This document shows, piece after piece, positions 29,909-43,408 of a stretch of 64,000 nt of DNA. The stretch is from the human T2T-CHM13v2.0 reference genome, Homo sapiens. Where the stretch lies: NCBI RefSeq assembly GCF_009914755.1, contig NC_060926.1. The stretch is one strand, 5' to 3'. The notes under the pieces were generated by a model, which saw only the letters and a list, made by a program, of their open reading frames with translations, had not been told where the DNA came from and ran no database searches. Positions within the stretch are counted from its first letter, which is position 1; the number at the start of each line of letters is the position of its first letter. Position numbers and translations under genes: made by a program.

Positions 29909-32900
29909 CTAAAAACCTGTTACTAGAAAGGCACATTAATACATTTCTCCTGTGCTGATGGTAATCAGGCAACTCTGGTTTCTATCGGAGGCAATTTCTT
30001 ACGTATTAAATGCCAGAAAAAGGGCATCCCTCCGTTTTTGTAGAGAGCCTTTCTTTATGAAGACTAATGACCACATTAGTTAGTCAGTCAGTCAATAATA
30101 CTTACCAAATGTCAGTAGAGCAGAAGTGAACACCAACAGAAAATCACATTTTACAAATGCAATTTACTTGGTATCCTAACATGCCATGTCATAATAATTA
30201 TTGAGGCTTTTCTTCTCTGCTGCATTGGTCTAATGAAAGTGGCTAGAAAAATATGGGTGCCCATGTAGCCTCCTGGAAGCACCTGTATGACTTTTCTAGA
30301 AGCGAGGTTCCTGGATAAAGATGAATTTTTAAAAGCTGGAATGAATGAGCAGCAATAGCAGAAGGAGAAAAGTGAGTGAGGGCTCTCCAAGAAGCCATCT
30401 GGCAGGCTAAGGGTTCTGAGGGAAGCTCTGGTTTCAGAAGCAACTCAGGAATTACTTCTGTCATATTAGGATGGGATGGTAGGAGATTGGGAACTCTAGG
30501 GACTAGAAGTCATTTAATTTCCTGTCTACAATCCTTAGAAGAGGTTTTGAGACTTGCAACCTAGGACCTTAACTAATCATCTTCCCTCAGCATTGATAGA
30601 ATTCTTTATTATACATGTTAATATCAGATTAGTCAGGATGGGCTGGATTATGCTGTGTTAACAGCCATTCTCTAAATCTCTGTGGCTCAACAGGGAGCTC
30701 TGCCTGTCATGGTCACTTGGGACCCAGGCTTTGGGTATAAGGCCACAGCACATGGAAAACGTATGAATGTCTCTCAGATTCTTAAAGCTTCAGCTGGAAG
30801 TGACATGTCATTCTGCTCACAGTTCATTGGCTAAATGAGTCACGTGGCTCTCTCTAACTTCAAGGATGGTATGAAATTGCAATCCTACCATGTCTCTAGA
30901 AGGAGAACCAGCCCTAATCACAATGCTACATGTTTATAGCTTGCCTCATAGAGTTTACTGTATTCTCCTGGTATAATTTTCTTACATGCTCAACTGGAGA
31001 GGAAGCTCTTAAATAGAAAAAAATCACAGTAAATTTCCTTTAAAAGATCTATTTTACAACTCTGGCATGATGGAGCACAATGGAGTCGTTAGTAATGGAC
31101 TCCATCTCTTCCATCAGATAAAATCTTGAGAACTGAAGTTAAAATTTGAAAAATGAAACCAAAGGAAAAAAAAATTAAATGAATTTTAAGACAATTGAGA
31201 TAAGAACAACTGTGGCGTCAGCATAATTCAATTTAATAATGTATTAAATATTTTGCAGAAAAGTGAAAATAAATTGATAGCCAAATCAATGCAGCATTAA
31301 GCCACCATTTGGTCTAATTTCTTGCTGAATTGACAAAACAAAACACTAGTTTAGTTATATAAACATGGCTGATGTTTATACAAACAACAGAATTTGCCGG
31401 TAGCATTATCACTGGAAAATAAGATGTGTACTTAATTCTTGTGTATGTTCTGAGCCCATCTAGGAAGAACATAAAAGACGAAGAACAAAGCAATCACAGG
31501 ATGTTATCATGAAAATATCACCTTTGGCTGGAGTAAAGTTTTGGCTAAACGTGGCACTAGTATTTATTACAGCTCACCTTTTTATAATGAAGGGCTATGG
31601 ACTGAACATTCTTATTATTTCCCATTTTCTTACCACTCTATCCCAACACACATGCACATGCATGCACACACGCACACACACTGGCACCCACACCCATGCA
31701 TGTGGGACACACAGAGCAGCCCAGGCAATTTCAGTTGTTGGCAGCTTTGCTTTTATTAGGTATTAGTCCACCCACTTGCTTTCTCTTTAGAGAGACTAAG
31801 TGAAACCAAACTCATTTCCCCCCAGTTAGCCTGCTGGAACCTGTAACAGTTACTGTAATGTTAAGAGCAGTAAAACAAAATAAAAACCAGTCAGTTCACT
31901 TACTCCCGAAGTCCGCAGTTTGGTGTTCAGCTTTAAAACATATGCTCTGGGTGTCCTGTGGTGGCTACCAGAGGCTTTGGTGAGTCATTGTCAACCCAGT
32001 GGCTAGAGAAGTGCTGGAATGCCCCTCTTAAATACAGAGCCAGTTTGTCCTTCAGAATGGCTGCTTGAACGAATTTATTGCTCAACTTGAAAGGCCGTTT
32101 TTTATAACCCACTGCAGTTGTGCTTCATGGGTTTCTCCACCTATCCTGTAAAGTGTATTGGGAAATTAATTTTGTAGATTTCCTCACACTGCAGTGACTA
32201 GGGAAATCACCCATTCGTTATTATCTAATGAGGAGAAAGTGGAAACATCTAGAAGCACTGCTCCCATCCTCCTCCCCAGCCCACACAGACACCTACCTCA
32301 GGCCCTCCCTGTCCCAGGTGAGCAGAGGGCCCCACCTTCGGAGGTTGCCTCCCTTCCACCTTCACCAATCCTATGACCAGATTATCCCCAAGGAAATGTC
32401 AATTTCCAGGCAGCAAGGGAATCATATAAAGATAAGATCATTCAGAGATTTTTTTCCTCCGTGATTGGCAGTTTATATTTTCTTGGGTCTACAAATCTGA
32501 CAGTATTTATTAAATTTTCTAGTTTGATACTGACCTCTGTCTGATGCTGGGCTGTCGCCATGCCCAAGACTGAGGGGACCCACAGTCTAGCTAGAAGGCA
32601 TGGATCAATTCCAACTGTCCTACCCCTAGCCTGTGGGCAGGAGAAAGCTCTCAGGCTCTGGCAGAGGAGTCCCAGGGGCAGGATGCATGATCTTCCCCTG
32701 TGCCTCCCAGCCATGCTGAGCAGCAAAGCAGACCATGAGCACGTCTCCCGTAAATTCATTTGCTTGATTTGTCCTTGAGTGTCCTCGGATGGCTTTGTTC
32801 CCTCCTTGTCCAGTATGTCTTGGTCATCCTGATTCCTGGGCTTGGCTCCCAGGTTGATTCTTTCCCTGACACAAAACAGGCACTATGGGCAAAGACACCT

Positions 32901-33571
32901 GCAGCCTTAGAGAGACCAGAGATGCTGGATGTTTCCTGTTAGCACTCAGGAAAGCTCAGAGCCTTTGATGAGCATCTTTTGATCCATGAGTTAAAACCAC
33001 GCTGGGTTCTTTATAGTGGTTAGTTAGCTCTGGGCTATGGGATTGTGGAAGACATTTATTTCTTCTTTGGATTCACCTGGATTTTCTGCAACGGACATGT
33101 ATCGATAAAATACATGGTGCTTTTAAGAAATTGCCCCATCATCATGTTGCTGTTGTTGTTATTGATATTGTTGTTTCTGATGGATAGAGATCTAGGCCTG
33201 ACACTCCAAGCAGTGTGAACAGCATTTACCTTGATAAGCATTCTTACATCTTAACTCTCGGGAATTTTAAATAGAAGTGTTCCGTGTGATTAAATTAACA
33301 GGTTTAGAGATGAGTGTCCTGGTTATTTCCTTTGTTCTCCTCCTGGTAGCTGCCTGCACTCACAGCATGTTGGGAATGGTGATTATAAATGTAACCATGC
33401 TCTCTTCTTGTAAGTGGAGAGCCCAGGTACCTCTTATCCAGCATGTGACCCTCTTTCTACCTCAGGATAGTCATACTCTTAGGCTTCCTGGATTTATTCA
33501 GGGCCAAAGGAGTGGTCAAGGTCCTTTTTGTTTTGCCCTATTCCCTTTGGAAAACATTTAGTTTCTGCCCA

Positions 33572-34367
33572 TGTTACAGATTGCAAAATACAGGCACATA
33601 TTCTCACTAATGTGGTCTGCATGTCCCTTTGCAAGGACATGCAATGTGACTTCACTACTCCTTTCATCAAGAAAAGGAGCCTCTTGGTCGGGCGCGGTGG
33701 CTCACGCCTGTAATCCCAGCACTTTGGGAGGCCAAGGCAGGCGGATCACGAGGTCAGGAGATGGAGACCATCCTGGCTAACACAGTGAAACACAGTCTCT
33801 ACTAAAAAATACAACAACAACAAAAAAAATTAGCCGAGCGTGGTGGTAGGTGCCTGTAGTCTCAGCTACTTGGGAGCCTGAGGCAGGAGAATGGCGTGAA
33901 CCCAGGAGGCAGAGCTTGCAGTGAGCCTAGATCGTGCCACTGCACTCCAGCCTGGGCAACAGAGCGAGATTCTGACTCAAAAAAAAAAAAAAAAAAAAAG
34001 AAAAGGAGCCTCTTTGCCTCTTTACCCTAATCTGGGCAAGCCTTGCAACCTGATTTGCCAAAAAAATATGAAGGAAGCAATGTGATGTGATTTTCCAGGC
34101 TAGAATGTAAGAAGCCTTGGAGCTTCTGCTTTTATTGTCTTCAGATGCTGCCTGAAACCACTGTAAGAAGCTCTAACCTACTGGAGGATAAGGGGTGAGC
34201 CCAAGAGCATCAAGGCTCCCATCAACAGCCAGTCCTGTGAGTGAGGCCATCTTGGACCTGCCAGCTCAGTAAACCCTTTTGCCGAACACAGCCCAAGGAA
34301 GGAACCCTTGCAAAATGAAATCATGTGGTCAGTTTGCGGGGTGGTTATTACACAGCAGTAGATGATT
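33572..34367 (+). mobile_element. MLT1-type LTR interrupted by AluY
   Basis: CCCTTTGCAAGG..ATGTGACTTCACTACTCCTTTCATCAAGA before the Alu; GTGAGTGAGGCCATCTTGGACC...AGTTTGCGGGGTGGTTATTACACAGCAGTAGAT after it. Confidence 0.7.
33686..33998 (+). mobile_element. AluY with 17-bp TSD
   Basis: AluY diagnostics (GATCACGAGGTCAGGAGAT..AGACCATCCTGGCTAACA; AATGGCGTGAACC); TSD AAGAAAAGGAGCCTCTT. Confidence 0.95.
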
Positions 34368-34782
34368 GAAAAGGCCCAGTGTCTTCCTGGGGACTGAAAC
34401 ACCCACCTCCTGTTCATGTTGATACACGGTGAGCAGCATATGGATGTGGGAGTGGTGTTGGTTGCAGGTGAGGTAGAGAAGCAGTGAACAGAGCACGAAG
34501 ACCTGATGTTCCAGGGTCGGGAGTTTAGACTTGATCCTAAGAGCGGCCATAGGCGGATTTAGGCAAGAGAGTAACATGGTCAGATTTTCCTTTTAGAAAG
34601 TTACTCTGACATCCATGTGGAAAATGAACTTGAAGGTCACAAGGCTGATGGAGCCAGGAAGACCATTTGGGAGGTGATTGTAGTAATCTACTTAAGAGTT
34701 CATTACGAGCTGGGGAATGGGGAGGTGTTAGAGAAGAGAAAATGGATTTGAAAAGCTGAGGGATGTTAAAAAGGCAAAACTG

Positions 34783-35090
<308 letters not shown>

Positions 35091-36437
35091 ACGGAAAATT
35101 GTTGGGACTTGTAATTAATTGGGTGAGGAAACTGAGTGGCAAATGGTCTCAGCTCTACACATGGAGAGCCCTGGGGACATAGGGAGAGCACATTTGGAAG
35201 GAAAGATGATGATTTTAGTTCTTAAAATTTTGTTTGTGGAGGAGGCATTCAGACAGAGAATTCTTTTGGGCAGTTTTATGTAGAGAACTACATCTAAGGA
35301 GGTCAGAAGTGAACTTCAATAAAATTGAGGTGACCAATGATCATCAGTTTTAAAGAGGACATATTTTCTTTTTCTGTTAAAGGGAACACACCTATGAGTC
35401 AGAAAGCCAGACTTTTATTTTTTCTCGCCAAAGGTTATTGTACAACCTACAGAAGAGAGTGTAAACACTGGTCTTTAAGATGAATTGTAAAGCTCTAAAG
35501 AGAATAAGAAAAATTGTGTTTCATGATTTATGATGGATAACATTTTAGAGTTGATTTCATAAGAGAATTCGTTAAGCCAATAGACAACCATGGCATTTTA
35601 ACTGTAGTGTTTAAGTATCTTTAGCTCTGATTTTTTAATTAGCAGAAGCAAATAAAGAGAGCTTCGTTTTAACCATGAGAAATCTCTCTTCTGTATTTCA
35701 TGTGACTAAATTTGTCCAGATGCTGAAGTTCAAATAATCACAGTGATTGCCAATATAATGGTTAATTTCCTGAGAAGTAAGTTCATGCTTTGCCACAGTT
35801 TGCTCCCCTGTAAGATCAGACAGAAAAATAAGAATAAAACCGACTAATAGCTATTGATTGCCTCTGGAACAGCTATCAATATAAAGAGCCAGACAAAACA
35901 CATAATAAAGAATTGTGTTAGTGCCAGAGAGACTTTAGAGATCATTTGCCCATCTCTTTACCTTCTCCCACTTCTTTCTGTCCCTCCACCCCACCAGCTC
36001 TGGTACAGACACACAGGATATTAGTAAAGGATAGTATTTGTTGAGAGCCTTTTGCGTGTCAGGCACTGCTTCTAAACGTTGTATAATACCAGCTCATTCA
36101 ATCTTCAGATCAATGCTATACAGTAGGTACTCTTCTTCTTTTTTTTTTTTTTTAAATTTTACAGCTGAGGGACTGAGGTATGGAGAGGTTAGGTAACTTG
36201 TTCAAGGACACCAAGCCAGTCAGGCTGCCACTGGACCTAAGACAAGGTAACCTGGCTCTGAGACCAACCCCACAGAGAAGTATGTGGATGCTGACAACAC
36301 TGTAGGAAGTTACAAGGAGCAAAAGAATAGCAGCCTCAGCCCTGAATTCCACTGTAAGCTTCCCTCTAATCTTCCCTGCCTCACTCTCAATCAAATAAAG
36401 AGCTGATCAGGAAGCAACTATGCACGGTCTCCACAGT

Positions 36438-36712
36438 CTCTTATCTTAACCCAGACTCTCCTTTCTATTGATAGCAGGTCTGTAGATAATAATTCTTTCA
36501 ACCAATTGACAATCAGAAAATCTTTGAATCTATCTATGACCTGTAAGCCCCATTACTTTGAATTTTCCTCCTTCCAGACCAAACCAATGCAGACCAAACC
36601 AATGCAGAACTCCTATGTGCTGATGGTGGTCTTACATTTCCCTAAGTTTCTGCCGACTAAACTGTGCACACGTTCTCAGGACCTCCTGAAGCTGCGTCAC
36701 AGGCACTAATCA
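36438..36712 (+). mobile_element. MER4-group ERV1 LTR fragment
   Basis: AACCAATTGACAATCAGAAAATCTTTGAATCTATCTATGACCTGTAAGCCCC...CAGGACCTCCTGAAGCTGCGTCACAGG. Confidence 0.75.
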
Positions 36713-36727
36713 AAGAACACAACCAAG
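36578..36727 (+). ncRNA. Putative exon (150 nt) of subtelomeric spliced lncRNA, LTR-derived
   Basis: Strong acceptor AATTTTCCTCCTTCCAG|ACC and consensus donor CAAG|GTGAGT. Confidence 0.65.
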
Positions 36728-37142
36728 GTGAGTCTCAATCATTTCAAGAAATCTATTTGCAAGGTTAAGGACACACCTGAGAAAAGAACAGAGAACCACA
36801 GGAAAAACTGTGGTCCGTGCTTTTCCCAAAGGTTGTCTGGGGACCTCAGTAAGTAAAGGGGAAAAGTGCGGGTATTGGGGAAAGGGGAAGAAGTGGAAAA
36901 AATGGGTGTGGGTAAATCAGAGGCAAATGGTTGCATTCTTCTGTCTTTGGTCAGCGTTCACTGAATACACATTTTGCATGCGATGGAGGTAGAGGCAGGG
37001 ATGTAGCTTTTTTGTCTTTGTGTAATAGCTATCTTATTTAGGAACCAGATGGGAAGCAGGTTTGCATAAACCAGTTCCCAGCTTGGCTTTTCCCTTTGGC
37101 TTAGTGAGTCTGGGGTCCCAGGATTTATTTTCCGTTCTCACA
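36714..37142 (-). mobile_element. MER4-related ERV1 LTR (antisense)
   Basis: Ends CAGTTCCCAGCTTGGCTTTTCCCTTTGGCTTAGTGA...GATTTATTTTCCGTTCTCACA, the reverse complement of the MER4-type LTR start; similar to 47293-47737. Confidence 0.75.
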
Positions 37143-37602
37143 GGTTGTGGTCCTCACATTTGGCTCAAAATATTCAAATTTTTTCCAGAGTTTGGCCTTT
37201 TCTTCAGCACTGGGAATTGTGATCCAAAGCTTTTCCTGATGAAGCACAAAGTTGGAGAAAAAAAAGCAAACTAAACAACAACAATGAAACAGAACAGAGT
37301 TAATCTGCTGTAGCTCAAGAGAGGATGTACCTGCCCCCACCCCGCATCCCTGGGCTCGGGTTTGCCTTGCTGACCTCTGCTGCCACCTGGTGCCACACAG
37401 AGAAACTGAGGAGAAACCACATCAGTCTCCTTCAGCCTCAGCTTCACATCTGTGGGTCAAGTAACCCTTTCAGAAGCTGAATAATGTGGGAAAGCTTTCC
37501 TCTCAGGAAAATGCACACATCCAACTTTGAGAAGATGCCCTTGGGGGTGCTTCAAGGATCCTAGATAAAGAACCCCCTTTCCCGAACATCCAAGAACCTA
37601 AG

Positions 37603-37900
<298 letters not shown>

Positions 37901-38214
37901 CAAGAACCCAAGTTTTAGATCTAGAGTGATGTCAGCATGACATTGATTTCCTGAGGCCCAGGGGCGAAGGAGCTGAGGACAGCAGAGGGGTGAAGGAACT
38001 CAGCTACAGACAGCAGCAGCTGATGCACAGGGCTCCCAGCGCCTGAAGTCACCCGGAATTGGGAAGTGCTCAGAAGCTTACAAAGCTGCCTCGAGGTGGG
38101 AACATGACATAAATCCAAGAGCAGATCCCTGATCCTATAAAAATGTACTAGATGCAGTGGGGGCATTTTAAATGAGCAGAGAAGGACAGACAGATAAACA
38201 GAAGGACAAACAGT

Positions 38215-39125
38215 ATTGGGATTGGGATAAATGCTCAGCTTTTGCCCAAATCTTAGTGACTTAAGCATCACTTATTTGCTCACGATTCTGTGGCTGGACC
38301 ATTTGGTTTGGCTCACAGGGCAGGGACTGTGCTGGTCTTACCTGAGCAGACCTGCATGTCTGCGGTCAACTGGGTTGGCAGAGACAGAGTGACTGTCTTC
38401 CTCCAGGAAGCAGCAGGTTAACTGGTTGGCAGAGACAGAGGGACAGAGGGACTGTCTTCCTCCAGGAAGCAGCAGGTTAACTGGTTGGCAGAGACAGAGG
38501 GACAGAGGGACTGTCTTCCTCCAGGAAGCAGCAGGTTAACTGGTTGGCAGAGACAGAGGGACTGAGGGACTGTCTTCCTCCAGGAAGCAGCAGGTTAACT
38601 GGTTGGCAGAGACAGAGGGACAGAGGGACTGTCTTCCTCCAGGAAGCAGCAGGTTAACTGGTTGGCAGAGACAGAGGGACTGAGGGACTGTCTTCCTCCA
38701 GGAAGCAGCAGGTTAACTGGTTGGCAGAGACAGAGGGACAGAGGGACTGTCTTCCTCCAGGAAGCAGCAGGTTAACTGGTTGGCAGAGACAGAGGGACTG
38801 AGGGACTGTCTTCCTCCAGGAAGCAGCAGGTTAACTGGTTGGCAGAGACAGAGGGACTGAGGGACTGTCTCCCCCCAGGAAGCAGCAGGTTGGCTCTGTT
38901 TCCTTCGTGGGGCAGCTGGTCTCCAGGGCAGCAAGAGAGACCAAGCCCCAGTGCACATTCTACAGCCTCTGTGCACATCAGACTTGTTAATATCCCATTG
39001 GCCAGTGTAAGTCACATGGCCAAGCCCAGATTAAGGAGTGGAAAGATGGAGGCTATCTCCTCCTGGGAGAGGAGGCCAAGGAGGTGGGAGTATTATGTGG
39101 CCACTTATGTTTGCAATCTACCATA
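38215..39125 (-). mobile_element. MLT1-type LTR hosting a VNTR
   Basis: CCCAAATCTTAGTGACTTAA..CACTTATTTGCTCACGATTCTGTGG before the array; CCATTGGCCA..GTAAGTCACATGGCCAAGCCCAGA...TTTGCAATCTACCATA after it. Confidence 0.75.
38367..38891. repeat. 59-bp VNTR, 8 full units plus partial flanking units
   Basis: CCAGGAAGCAGCAGGTTAACTGGTTGGCAGAGACAGAGGGAC[A/T]GAGGGACTGTCTTCCT at 38403, 38462, 38521, 38580, 38639, 38698, 38757, 38816. Confidence 0.96.
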
Positions 39126-39980
39126 CTTAGCACTTTGAGAAAAGAATTAACTGAGAAACTTGCTTCAAATAGGGCATTCAGTAAAATGAAGCCCCAATTG
39201 AAGTAAAATGCATATATAAAAAATGAAACTGTGACCGATTTTAAGGACAGTATTGGCAAATATTTCTGTGCTCTTGGAGGAGAAGACCCTTATTGGCATG
39301 ACATGTCAGAAACCACAATGAAAGAATTATTTTAACTTGCATTCATAAAAATTAAAATTATTCATTAAAAACATCGTGAATGAAATTAAAAGTCAAAATG
39401 TAAGCCAGAAAATTATTTACAATGTATGTGTCAGGAAAAGACAATACCCTTCAAACTTTGAGAGTTTACATCAGAAAGAAAACAGCAAATGACATGATCC
39501 AAACTTGATAAAGGACATGAAAAAGAGCCAGCACTTAGTATGTTTTCTGAATGAATAAGTAGCCAACAGCACATGAAAATGCGTGTAATCCATTTGTAAG
39601 CAGAGAAATGCAAACTAAAACAGTAAAGTGTCATTTTCATTTCCTGGATTGGCAAAGGGTTTTATGTATTTTACTGATAGTGCTCAATATTAGCAGTAAA
39701 CAACAAATGGTGAGTAAATATGAGCTTCGGAACCTCAGGGAAATGATCTCCTTATTTCAACCTGTAGATTCCTTCCTACAACCAGTGTCTACAGAGCACC
39801 TACTATGTGCCAGGCACAGCCTAAGTCCTGAAGGTGTAGTCTCCACTGAGAAGGTGATATTTGCACAAAGACCTGAAAGACAGGAGTGAACTGTGTGGAT
39901 AACTGTGGGTACCCCTACAGGCAGAGGAGTAGCAATGTGGGTCCCAAGGTGGGACCACATCAGACATGTTCGAGGACTAG

Positions 39981-40267
39981 CTGAGGGAGAGAGGTGGGAG
40001 GTCAGAGGAGATGGGGGCCGGCTCTGCTGGCCGTCACGAGCACTCTGGGTGCAGAGGGCGAGAGGTGGGAGGTCAGAGGAGATGGGGGCCGGCTTTGCTG
40101 GCCAACACGAGCACTCTGGGTGCTGAGGGCGAGAGGTGGGAGGTCAGAGGAGATGGGGGCTGGCTCTGCTGGCCGTCACGAGCACTCTGGGTGCTGAGGG
40201 CAAGAGGTGGGGAGGAGGTCAGAGGAGATGGGGGCTGGCTCTGCCGGCCAACACGAGCACTCTGGGT
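39981..40267. repeat. 71-bp G-rich tandem repeat, 4 units, within an L2 remnant
   Basis: GAGAGGTGGGAGGTCAGAGGAGATGGGGGCCGGCTCTGCTGGCC[GT/AA]CACGAGCACTCTGGGTGC at 39989, 40060, 40131, ~40202. Confidence 0.94.
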
Positions 40268-41528
40268 TTTCCTCCAAATGCTATGAGAGCAGAGGAGTAA
40301 CCTGGTCTGACTTGGGTGTGAGCAGATCTCTCTGGTTGTTGTTCTGGAAAAAACTGAGGTGCCCACGTGAAAGCAGAGATCGGTTAGGAGGCTGCTGCAG
40401 CAATTCAGGCAAAAATGGGTGGCGGGCCTCGGGTGTAGTGGAGGAGAAGCGATCGGATTTTGGATATTTGTAGCTCCCCCAATACGATTTCCTGGAGAAG
40501 GAGATGACTTCAGTCTTCTGGCCTGAGTAGCTGAAAGGATGAAGCTGTCCTTCGTGGAGGTGGGGAATCCACAGAGAAGCGGGTAGGGAGAGAGTATCAG
40601 GAGCTCAGTGTTAGCCATGGATGTTCGAGGGGAGGTATTGAGCAGCTGATAGAGACACAGGCCTGTGGTCCCAGGAAAAGGTCTGGGGGTCACTAGCCCA
40701 TGGATGGAGTCACAGGCTGCATAGACTGCAGGAAAGCGAAGGTGGAGAGAGAAGAGCAGAGTACCAGGATGGACCATTGAGCACCCTGGTGTTGAGAGCA
40801 AGTGGCCTCTAGTCAGAGTTGGGTCAGGGCCACTGTGAGTGGGCTGCCCCCAACATGAGTCGGCTGTCTAGGACTAGTTTATCTCTGCTTCTCACTTTAC
40901 TGGTATTATGGGGCAGCTCCTGCTGTCTTCCAATTTGGTGTTTGTAAAATGAGACATAAAAAGCAGGTGACAAGGATACCAGGAAGTGCACAGGTCTGAG
41001 TGGAGTATGGGGCTGTCTCCAGGGGAGAGGTGGCTGTTTGGAGGGAAGGGTGACAATGGATAATCAGGGTCCATGGGCATCCCTGCTTGTTTTGGAGCCA
41101 TGGACACTCAAATAATGTGATTTTATGAGGCTATTGGAGAAAAAATTGGCCACAGGGCCAAGAGGGCTGGGAGGACCCCAGCTCTCCGACTGGTGTTTGC
41201 TTCTCTGCCATCAGGGTCGGGAGGCCATGCCAAGCATTGTGATTTGCAGAGTCCATGAGACAGGAACACTCCCACCACAGTGACCTGCCTCTGCACACAG
41301 CCAGAATGTAGCTGACTCCTTTCTTCTCCCACTTGCATGCTTCCAAGCCTTCAAAACATACTCATCTCCATGTTCTGTGAATTAGCAATTTTTAAAAAAA
41401 TAAAAAAATAAACAAACTCATCTCTGAAGGTCCAGGTGATTTTTATGTTTTACAGAAAGTTTTGTGAAGAGATGACAGAAAGGGTTATATCACATCCACA
41501 CAGCAATAACTCCTCAAAAGCAACTTTT

Positions 41529-42196
<668 letters not shown>

Positions 42197-43002
42197 ACTT
42201 ATAAGCATCTCTTGTTTCTCCTAAAATTACCCTTCTAGCATTAGCTGTCCCATTAAAATTCTAATAGGCTTTTTTGTGGACATCTGCAAATTAATTATAA
42301 AATTTATATGGAAATGCAAAGGGCCAAGTAAGGGCCCTTAAAAGGGACAAAAATGGGAGAAATTACTAGATACCATGGCTCACCATAAAAGCTGCCTTGA
42401 TTAAGACAGTGTGGCAGTGGTCAGCAAACAGTGGTCTGCCCCTGGGCCAACTCTGCCCACCATCTGTTTCTGTATGGCCCATGAAGCAAGAATGATTTTT
42501 ACATTTTTAAATGGTTGAAAATAATTGATTGGTGGGGACAATGCTGGTGGAGTCTGAAGTTGTCATGCAGTGACTCACTCAAGGTTAGGCAGATTTGGTG
42601 ATATATGACACAGAGATGCAAAGAAATGCTGTAGCTGACACACACAGGGTGGCTCTGGGAGATGCAGAAGGAGCATGTCACCCAAAATAGAGCCAGATAG
42701 ATGCAGAAGGAGCAAAGGGGCTGCATCTTAAAGAATGAAGAAGGGATTTGTCATGAGAGATGGGGCAGGAAGTTCTTGAGAGGCAGAGGGAGAGCATGAG
42801 AATGCTGGGAAGGGAGGAGAGATTCTCACACATCTGGGAAGCTGACAATTCATCAGCATGTCCGGAAGGAAAATAAGGAGGAGGAGCAGAAATAGATGAG
42901 GCTGGATATAGAAGCAGGGCTGAAGCTGTGTTGATCGTGGTAAAGAGTTGTGATTCTATCCAGAAGGCAATAGGTAGCATTCTAAACAGAGATCTCTTAA
43001 AA

Positions 43003-43222
43003 CAAGAGTCAGCAAATATTTTCTGCAAAGGGCTAAATGTTAAATATTTTAAGTTTTCCAAGCCATATGGTCTCTCTCTTAATGACTCAGGTCTTCCATT
43101 ATACCATGAAAGTAACCAGAGACGTTTTTTAACACATGTATTGGCTGTGTCCCATTACAACTTTACTTACAAACGCAGACTGTGTCAGACCTGGTCCATG
43201 CATGGTAGTTTGCCACACCCTG
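43003..43222. mobile_element. MER58A-like hAT DNA transposon
   Basis: CAAGAGTCAGCAAATATTTTCTGCAAAGGGC..ATGTTAAATATTTTAAG...TAGTTTGCCACACCCTG with degenerate terminal inverted repeats; a second MER58 fragment lies at ~42420-42525. Confidence 0.7.
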
Positions 43223-43349
43223 TTTTAGAAAGCTCAGGTTTATGATGTGATGGAGAATGCCTACAAGAGCTCTTGTTTTAAATGGTAGAGTGAATATACA
43301 CTGGAATTCTATCCTGCTTGACCCAAGCTCTTGATAGCGAAAGGTAGAA

Positions 43350-43408
43350 AAGATAGATAGTAAATAGATAGATAGATGATAGGCAGGTAGATAGATAGAT
43401 GATAGATA
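43350..43408. repeat. Imperfect (GATA)n microsatellite
   Basis: AGATAGATAGTAAATAGATAGATAGATGATAGGCAGGTAGATAGATAGATGATAGATA. Confidence 0.9.
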
